A stretch of DNA of 62,638 nt, filler included, from Sluysia triapertura (Eukaryota): the NCBI GenBank assembly GCA_046118255.1. It is 4 parts of 4 records of this genome, joined end to end, with 100 filler letters (N's around TTAATTAATTAA, not from the genome) between each part and the next. Parts side by side here need not be neighbours in the genome. Positions count along the whole stretch, not along the records: positions 46,414 to 62,638 come from JBJNIA010208145.1; 3 more parts are not named here. One strand, given 5' to 3'. Positions 53,501-62,638 of the stretch are shown here, one piece after another; within the stretch, counting starts at the first letter, position 1, and each line of letters opens with the position of its first letter. The notes below the pieces were generated by a model. It was not told the origin of the DNA, did not search any database, and was given only the letters and a program-made list of their open reading frames with translations. Position numbers and translations under genes: made by a program.

Positions 53501-56500
53501 AAATTGAGTTTTTTGCTTGTCTCTGTTCTTAAAGATTATAAAGTGCTAAATCCTAATTCAATAAACTATTATTTTCAACCTTTAAAATTTGTGAAGGTCC
53601 TTAAACTTCGTTAAATTCTTCGGAACCACTAAAATTCTTATAAAAGGAAAAGGTTCTTTAAATTTTCAAAATCTTATTCTTCAATTCCAATAAAAGCCTT
53701 AAAAAGAAACAATCGAACTATTTTGATTATAGATCGAATGAAAACACACATTGTATATTAAAAGTTTTAAAAAACAAATTAAAATTATTTAGTTTTGATA
53801 AATGCTCTAATTCTAATAAAATTAACACCTGAATATCATTACATATATCAAATCGTTTGTCCATTTTGTCTGCTTTGTGATAATTTGTACAGTAATTGTC
53901 AGTGACTAAAATTGCAACTCAGGTGTTTATAATTTTTAAAATTTTGTTTTTTTCTTTTTGTACATTGTTTCCAATGTTCTAATAATATAATTTTTGCATA
54001 ATCCATATTATAGAGTTTAAATAAATTAGACAAAAGTTAATCTATACACATATATAACAAATTATTACAATAATAAATCCATAATATACAGTTTAAGTAA
54101 ATTAGATGAATTGTTAATAAATCTATACACAAATATATAATTTCAAGTTATTAAATTCCTGTGTATAAAACTTTTTACAATATTGATTATAATTAAATCA
54201 TTATAATTATTCAGCATACATATAAGAAATTATAATAAATTAAATCATAAGAAAATTTATACATTCATAAGTACATTTGTGATTTATTAAATTTGCATAA
54301 CTCATCATTAAAAATTTCGTATTTCAATTAATATTTCATATTTCACATTCATCATTAATCGCATTTGTAGTAAAGTCACATTTCCATTTATTCATATTTT
54401 GATATTACTAATAAATTCGGTCAAACTAATTTACTGTTGTTTATTATTAAAAATCATATGCTGTCTACTATACATTCATTTTCTTTAAATTTATTATTAA
54501 TTCGTCGAATATTCATAAACATTTATAACAAGCATTTGACTTATTCAAACATTCGTTATTTTCTCATAAATTTTATAGTGGCTCATGTATTAGAAACATT
54601 TTTAAAATCAATTCATACATTGAGATTTGCAGTCTTACTTATTTATTATTTGCATTTTCTATAATCAATTTTCCCCTCATCAATATTTCTCTTTTTAACC
54701 CATTTAACTCCTTTTGCGATTTTATGTAATGTATTTTTTATTCTGCAGTTTTCTCTATGTATTAGTTTATTAGGGTACATATTGTCGCTTTTGATGATGT
54801 ACTTTTACTATGTATTATTTTTCATACTATGTACTTTATTTATATCCGACTTGCTGGTTGGTATTTGTTTGTCTATTAGAATTCACGTCTTAGTGTTTTT
54901 TTCGTGTTTTATCAAAGTCTACGCTTGATGTGTAATATTTTCTGGATACTAATTAAGTGAAATGGATTCATTTGTCTATTAATTTCTCCTTTTTTATTTG
55001 CAGGTGTTTCCTGTTACATTTTGGTGTTTATAACGATGCTTTTTGAGTTTTAACCGTTTATGCGTTCGAATGTGAATATTCATGAATATTTGGTTATCTT
55101 TCAAAGTAAATGCAATACAATTTTATTTAAAATATTTTTATTATCTGTTCTGAGTCTTCCAAAAGTGTTATTAAGTAAAGAATTAATTAATTAACAAAAA
55201 TGAACCATTTAAAGCCAATAGCTGTTGTATCAAGTGATGATTTTAAATCTCCCACGCAAATAAGAGTTCGTAATAGATTTTCTGACAAATAACAGGTCTA
55301 GTCGATTTAAATTTAAATAATACTGTCAGTTGATTTTTAAAATTGAGAAATATTTAATATTAACGATTCAGATTATTTAAATACCTTTACCGAAATACCT
55401 TTATTAATGTATAAAATAGCCAATTTTATTTGTGGTGGTTCAAATTCACTAACTATGATTTTATTGTATCACTATTACTTAACACTGTTTCACCTCCTCA
55501 AATGTCACCTCTCCAAATAAAAATTTTCTAAGTACATATTTATTAATTGCAATTTTTATTTATTAAATATTCATGCCACTAATTATTGCTGTAGGGTAAG
55601 TCTATTCCATTAGCTTGTATAGCTTATAAATTATAATCAGTAATAAAAGTGAAAGCCAAATACATATATCATATCCTAAACAGAATATCATCCATCAACA
55701 AATTTATAAATTACTGGTAATTTATATGTACTAAACACATGAATGTATCGCAGTGATACATCAATATTACCGCAGTTAAAATAATCAATCAAAACGGAAT
55801 TATTATTTAAAGGAAATATTTTAAGTATAAAATTGTTTTTTTTGTAAGATAATCTCTATATAATGTAACTGCCTGTCTTATTTTAGCAATTTAGTAATAT
55901 AATTCAGAGCTACATCACAATATGAGTTTTGTTAATCAGATACAACTAAATCTTCTGTAGTTTCAGATACGTTTTCTTGATTCTGTGATTCAATTTCATT
56001 GCTAGATCCGAATTTATTGTCAGTGATGTTTATACAATTTTCCATGCGCTAGAAAATACCTGCAATCATCATTAATTTCTACCTTCAATTTATTTATACT
56101 TTTATATCGATACATCAAAATGTTTTAAATCGTATTTTATTACGCTTATCTTTGTGCCAGTGTTTAATAAACGTGTTAAAACCCATTGACATTAAAATCT
56201 AAATTTGTCTACCATCCAATTTATTATTTATTTTAAACTTGAGAGAAAGCTTTTAAATGCGAAACTATTATTGATAAGATTTTAATCAAGACACATTTAC
56301 ATTATCTTATAACATTTCAATCATTAAATTCCATTCACATAATATGACCTCATGTTATAACCTAGTCATTCCACTGGACGTCTTGTCATTTTTTGAAACA
56401 TTTCTGTAATTCTATTGTTCAAGTTTAACTGTTTCTGAATAAGAAACTGATCTATATGCATTTATATACATTTTCCAGAGCGTGAACATAAGTTTGTGTA

Positions 56501-59500
56501 TTCCATATATTCTCTTTCTTCGTATCGTTTAGGGTTTTGATAATATTGTGCCAGAATGTGCCTATTCTTTTGCAATAAAATATGTTATATTTGGATATTC
56601 TTTTCGAATATGACCATCTTCACTATATGTAAAGTATTGCTTATTACCTAAAACTGCGATATCTGCGCATGATTCAATTTTTCATTTGTTAGTCTTTCTT
56701 TCTTTGATCTAATTAAAATTCTTGGGCTCAGTTTCGCGTATTAGCGTCTTGAAACTTTTCGAATTTGGTAATCTTCGATTTTTCGAGCCAATATTTTTTG
56801 TTTGTTGATCGAATTTCTCAGACATTTTCGAATTTCCTTGTCATAAATTTAAATTAATAGTCTCTTTCATGTAATTCAATATTTTGGATTATTCAATATT
56901 CATTACAAATGTTTAATTAATTACAAATGATTTACTTTAAATGTTATTTTATTTTATTTTATTTTATTTTATTTTATTTTCATTAATTTTTTCGACTAAA
57001 GCATTTAAAATAATTTATTTTCCTACTTCTAATAGTCTAATTTCAAGTATTGCACACACAAATACACATTACTATTTCATTTTTTCTTATAAACAATTTC
57101 AGTCGTACTTTTATTTTGAACTTTTACCATGTGTAAATGTCACGATAAACACTGATGAGTCAGAAATTTTTACAAATCATATTTTGTTTAATTTAGAATT
57201 TATTTCAGGCAAATGGCGATACCACTATTAATACTAAATTCGATGCGAATTTGGATAACAATGATAATAGTAAACATGATGTCGAAGCAAATAAATCGAA
57301 AACTTCGGAATCCGATGATAATTCGCCAGCTGATGTATTTTTAACTCCTACAGGTTTCACTTGATTTGAATTGACCACAATTTGTTTATTTTATATGAAA
57401 TTAAAAATTTTCTAAAAAACAGTGTATTTGACAATCAAAACTTTGGGCAAAGCTCATTATAATAAATCTATCATTGATAACTGTACTAAAATTCAGATGT
57501 CATCTATTAGGTTTCGAGTGTCAAAATACGGTTTACTTTAAATGAAGTTTGAAGTTTCATTAAAATTCTTCACATCTATTTCTGTGTGCGTAGGATTTTT
57601 GATAGGCGATCAAAGGAAAAAATATTCAGGAATTGAATAGAAATTATATGTAAATTTTTACGTGAGTAAAAATTATGACATTTATTAATGGGAGCATATA
57701 CTTTTACGTGTTTCACGTTTTTTTCAGTTATAAAAGAATACTCTTTCCTACATTTGAAATGTTTTTTTTGATATAAGTGTTTACATTTCACATTGTATCA
57801 TGTTAAGGTTATATAGTATTTTTCGCTAATATTACACGATGGCCAATAAAATCTTGAGTTCCATTTATAAAATTTTTTCTCCATTTTTTCCTATAGTTAA
57901 TTTCTATTATTTGGTCATTTTTCTGTGATATGGATCAGGATTCGTAAGAAGAATATCTTTCGATATTTTACATACTTTATCGTGCTTTTCTCTCAAAAAA
58001 AATTTTAAGTAGGATATCATTAATTTTGACGATACTTATAACATTAATTATCAAGGCAATATTCCGCTTAAATTTTTGTTCTCGATATTTTCCCTGGTAG
58101 CTTTCTTTAACAAATGATGCAATTTCCAAAATCTGATATAAAAGTAATGATCGATCTTTACAAGTAGAATCAATGGCACATCAATGGAATAGATTTTAAA
58201 TAATAAATTAACATAACACTTGTAACGCTAGCACAATTACCAAATGAAAATTATACTTATTCATTACAATCTGCTTATTTTATATTTAAATACCCTAAAA
58301 TCTTGTATATATACAAATAAAAAAATAGAAAAATCAAAGAAAATTATGATGCGGCTTATACTGGAGTAGTTGAAAAAAAATAAATAAAACTTTATTCAAA
58401 ACCTTCAAATCCTGAATTTTCCAAGTTCAACTCACATGCATTTAGAAGCCTCAAAACTTCAACATTAGTGCTGTTTATATATTCAAGATTTTAGGGTAAA
58501 TAAATTTTTAATAAAAGGATTAATTTACTTGATACTTGATCAAAAGATAACATTTTATCATGTTATTATGATGTAATGTAAGAATTTGGTAGTGCCTCTA
58601 TTTATTGAAATTTTATACCAATTTATAGAAGAATTATCTGTCGGATTCAATCAATTGCCAGTTCAATCCACAAAATTGCTTCCAGCTATTAATTCTGCCA
58701 AAATGTCTAATTCTCCATCTACTTTACCTCCTCCTGATGTGGCAGATATTTTCAATCTCAAACAACGATACCAACAAAAGAAAAAGGAGCAGTCTTTTCC
58801 AGTATCAAACAATGTACCAACCAAGAAATCCAACGAAACCAACTGGTTAATCCAACAACAACAACCAGTCAATAAAAACTCAAGTCCACTAAAAAAGGTC
58901 AAATCCAAATCAAATTCAACGACACCTGCAATATCATCACAATCATTGTCTTTAATTAATTCGCCAATTAATGAAACGGATAGAAAAAAACTGATGATAA
59001 ACTTGTCATCGAAACGACAACAGATAATAAATCAACGCAAAGAAAATGATGAAAATCGTAACAAATTATTAGCAAATCATAAAAAAGAAGCATTTTTCAC
59101 TATATCTAATAGTAATTCGCCCAAGAAATCATTTCCAGATAAAAGTAATGTTTCAATAAAAATTTTGACAATTAACGATAATGTGAATATAATACCATCG
59201 ATAAAAGAAGACAAAGATGTATTTAAAGAAACAAAAGGAATAAGTTTTATTAGTAGTGATGATAATGACATTAAACAAGAAAAAATCGAAGATGTTGAAG
59301 AAAAAATAGACATGGACAAAACAGTGAAGGAACACAGAGTTAACATGGAAAATAAAAATGAAGAATCACAATATATAATGGAAAAAAGTGAGCAAAATAG
59401 AATACAAATATTTGACGAAACTGTTGAAAAAGTAGACATAAATCAAGATAAAACTGTAATATTAAAAGAAAATTTTGAAAACCAAGATATACTTGAACAT

Positions 59501-59670
59501 CAACAAATTAATAATGACGTAAATGACGCTATTACTAATGAGAAAGAATCATCAGTCTACAATGATATCAGTTCTGATTACCAAGTAGATATGGTTCCGG
59601 AATCGGTTTCAGTACATATGGATACAGTTGGAAGTATAGAATTGATTGAGAAAGAAGAAGGCATTATTGA
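48105..59670 (+). CDS. CAMSAP: CAMSAP/Patronin, 5' part. Exons 48105-48170, 48205-48298, 48331-48453, 48489-48722, 48759-48870, 48987-49298, 52407-52537, 57197-57353, 58629-59670; CKK-domain exons not seen
   Basis: YLKWIYK..SSCEIY, HISLIKCYLKAYICEITPLERIQ..YMWLENN and NFSDLGSLLLYTINYC parallel the CAMSAP N-terminus and CH domain. KLMINLSSKRQQIINQRKEN..HKKEAFF parallels CAMSAP coiled-coil 1. Splice phases are consistent across all nine exons. Confidence 0.78.
49980..50880 (-). mobile_element. Degenerate Penelope-like retroelement remnant (RT thumb to GIY-YIG linker)
   Basis: GLFQKYA..EIFKKK..HYSERFILSAF, then GESKFRHIFKSHNI..NNIL..DKRNIAYQI, then SLAHHF, resembles the order of Penelope C-terminal motifs. 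Confidence 0.45.
51850..52100 (-). mobile_element. Mariner-like transposase N-terminal remnant
   Basis: VQSVRKNSSNFLRNENLEDTPWSG resembles the HTH-linker motif F...LED.PRSGRP. Confidence 0.45.
55431..56900 (-). mobile_element. Degenerate LTR-retrotransposon gag(-pol) remnant
   Basis: Two eroded CCHC knuckles (YFTYSEDGHIRKEYPNITYF.CKRIG) near 56560-56640. A purine tract GAGGAGGTGAAACAG is followed by TG...CA (55484-55431) on the minus strand. Confidence 0.45.
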
Positions 59671-60727
59671 GTTAGTTTATTGTTCGATGACATTTTTAAT
59701 AATCTTTAATTTTCAACAAAAAAGTGAAAATTTTTTATTTTCCACTTAAATAATTTTTTGTTCATATTATTCAAATATTCCATTAAATATATGTGCAACT
59801 CAAATAAACAATTAAGTTATTAATTGTATTACATATTATAAATTATTTTAAGTTTAAACCGTCTACCTAATGACCACATTATTAAATTTGTTAATATCTT
59901 TTTATAACTTTTGTTAAAGCCTTATAGTATTACACTTAGCTACTTATGGAAACAAACGATACCTTAGTAAATACGGGATTCTCTTAATTTTAGTTCTACT
60001 TTCTCGTAAAATATTCAGAAATACATGTAGATTTTTCCGAACAGATGATAATCTATAACCAGTTATATATGGATTCGAAAGGATTGTGAATGTATTTCAA
60101 ACATGTTATTTATTTCTATCCTTTCTAAGTATTGAGTAACGGTTTTTGTTACTTTAGAAATGTAAATTTCACAACAAATGTGTAGGAAGCCATCAAATTA
60201 TGGTATAAAAATAATCTAATTCAAGATTGTCTGTTCTTCCATATTAAATATTACAATGAATAATATGATAAAATAGGGTTTCAATTGACCAAGAAGAAAT
60301 GACAAATGTTTCTTATCATTTAGAAATAAAAATAAAAATCTCCAGCATTATTTTTAAATTGTAAGCTAGCAATTATACATTTTTAAAAGCATCGGGCTAT
60401 TGATGAAGTCTATATCCTTAACATTCATTATCTTTAATGATATCGATATTGCATCATTAAATTCATGTACAATTTTTTTAAAAACATCGTCTGAAAATAT
60501 TTACTTCATTAATTCATGATATTCGTGAATTAGTCAAAAAAATTCCACAAATCTGTCATAAATTCAATGGAAATATTTAGAATTCAAATAGTGCACGATA
60601 ATGAAAATATAAAGCAAAATATATCAATATTACATAACCAGTACCAATAATGTGATAAAGCCGGACGTAAAAAGCATAGAACATATATGATCACTTTACA
60701 TGTTTGAATAAAAATTAAATTTATTAA

Positions 60728-61665
60728 TGTTAGGTTGTCATCACAACCTTACAAAATAATTCAAAAATAATGACACTTTAAAATTATTTAAAACTATTTA
60801 AAAACATCAAAAAATTAATCAAAATAATATATAACATTTTAATATAAAACCATTTATTAATCTTTAAAATTACTAAAAAACAATCATTTTCCAAAAAAGA
60901 AAATAAAATTTCTAAAATAGAATAGAAGCTTCTAGAGTGTTCTAGAATATTCTAGAAAACTCCATCGATTTTCATTGGATGATGACTAGTACATAAACTA
61001 GCATCAATTCAATGAAAATCGCCATTTTGGAAATTACAAATTTGTCAATCTTACGTGCGATTCAAGATAATTGTGAATTTTAGTAATTGTAACAGTTTCG
61101 AGCTATTCTGCGATCAATTTTTGGTAAATTATATTTTTTAACTTTCGAAGTTAAAATCATAAAATCCAAGTAAAATTTTATCAATTCATAAAGTTTTTAA
61201 GTCCCTGATATATTGAGGGATAAAATCTACGTAAACTCTATTAGCACTAGATTAAACGCTCATGGAGCTTCAATCTTTAAATGAATTATTTTTATATTTG
61301 TAATCTAATGTCTTAAGCGATTTGAATTTTTGTATTTTTTAATAAAAGAATTAGTATTTTTACTATTTAATTATTTAATATTATTAAACAAGACCCTCTA
61401 GTTAGAGACGTCACTTTTTAGGTGATCTTATAACTTATTAGTTACAGAAGCGCCAACAATACGTTGTAAGACGTTTACTGTAACTGGGCCCTGCTCAAAA
61501 ATATTTTGCCGTTACGTGTTAGAAAAACCAGAGCATTAATAAAAAATGTACTATTTTCTTTTGTTTAATAATACATCTAATTTTTAATAATTTCCACATT
61601 ATATTGTTTACGCTTTTTAAAATTTCAATTGCTTCATATTTTTTCAAAATCATATTTTTCTTACA
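60728..61665 (+). repeat. LTR-like non-coding repeat
   Basis: TGTTAGGTTGT start with hairpin AGGTTGT-CATC-ACAACCT, a C/A-rich tract, TTCTAGA triplet (60930-60957), CGCCATTTT and the dispersed motif at 61441. Confidence 0.4.
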
Positions 61666-62638
61666 ATTCATTATTTATCTTGTTCCAGATGCATCTTTGT
61701 TTTAATCAGTTCTTATTTACTTGAATTCACAAACTAATCATACTTTTTATTCATCGTAGGATCTAAGAATCTAGAAAAAGATAATAAAAGTATAAAAATA
61801 ATTATTATAATTATACATGAATAAAGATTTGTAGCTGGATAAAGTAAATATTCTTGCGGCTCAAGAAATTAGGCTTTCCTTAACCAATTAACCGGGTGCA
61901 TAATTTTTTAACTGTGCGACATATAGTGGGCTCGGGGCCAAAAATACAACACCTGCTTGTTTTTAAATGTATTTTAATGATGTATTTTAAATGATGTATT
62001 AACAGGTCCTACCCATTGTATTGTGTCTTGTATGTAACGTGTGGAATCGTCCATTCTCGTTTACCCCAAGTGGGGTTAAAGTGAAATTTAAATAATTTTC
62101 AAATACAAAAAGGTTTTATAAAAAATTTACCATCACCAAACATTCAACTTGAAAAGAAAACATTATTGATGCATATCGCATGGTGTATAACTGTATAAGG
62201 CAGTTATAAACTGCAGAAATCGGAATAGTTTATAATTTAGTAGTTTAGTTTATAAATTAGTACTTAGAAAACAGTTACAAATATTCTTAGGTCTGTTGCA
62301 TGTAATTTAGGATTTAGTTTTCGTTAGTTATTTCCGATTTCAAGTTGCAACAAGTGTAGTCTATTGTACTTTATGTGTGGATATAGAATAAAAACTGAAT
62401 CGAGGTTAAAATGAAACTTTGGGCTAATGACAAAATTCCTAGAATCATGCTGGGTTAGTGGAAATAAAATTGGTCTTGTATCTTATTTTTCCCGTTTATA
62501 AAATTAGTTTTGTCACAAAATAAAAAAATTGTATAACTAAAGTATAAAAGTGCTATTTTTACAGCAAATAAAATTCGAATAAAATCGCAAGAAAGTTTTT
62601 ATCAAGGTGGGCCTGTAAATGGTAAAATATTTTATATT

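Noticed and set aside
58663-59439. Minus-strand ORFs 58663-58908, 59077-59439, 59153-59335
   Set aside because: Antisense shadows of the large CAMSAP exon.
61999-62618. Possible MITE with CAGGTCCTACC / GGTGGGCCTG ends
   Set aside because: Inverted match is short and imperfect, with no clear target-site duplication.

Overview
Very AT-rich animal genomic DNA made of four contigs (1-12116, 12217-30280, 30381-46313, 46414-62638). The contigs are joined by identical artificial 100-nt spacers (44N-TTAATTAATTAA-44N), so adjacency across them is not evidence. Host genes have mostly 31-42 nt GT-AG mini-introns plus a few kb-sized, transposon-filled introns. They are KIF3A (5' part), a complete PPIL2/Cyp60, an NMDA-receptor GluN2-like exon and a CAMSAP/Patronin gene (5' two-thirds). 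Pseudogenes are an in-frame TCP1::beta-tubulin chimera and a nuclear-receptor DNA-binding-domain fragment. Intergenic and intronic DNA holds Tc1/mariner, Tc3-like, MITE, Penelope-like and gag/RT remnants and tRNA-derived repeats. The standout observation is a three-copy family of unassigned elements (10242-11948 +, 15730-18653 -, about 26800-30280 -). The copies share a 1.0-1.3 kb strand-skewed leader with hairpins and encode colinear, highly diverged homologues of one long, apparently intronless orphan protein (about 550-800 aa) with a central hydrophobic segment. All alignments were done by eye; no database searches were run.
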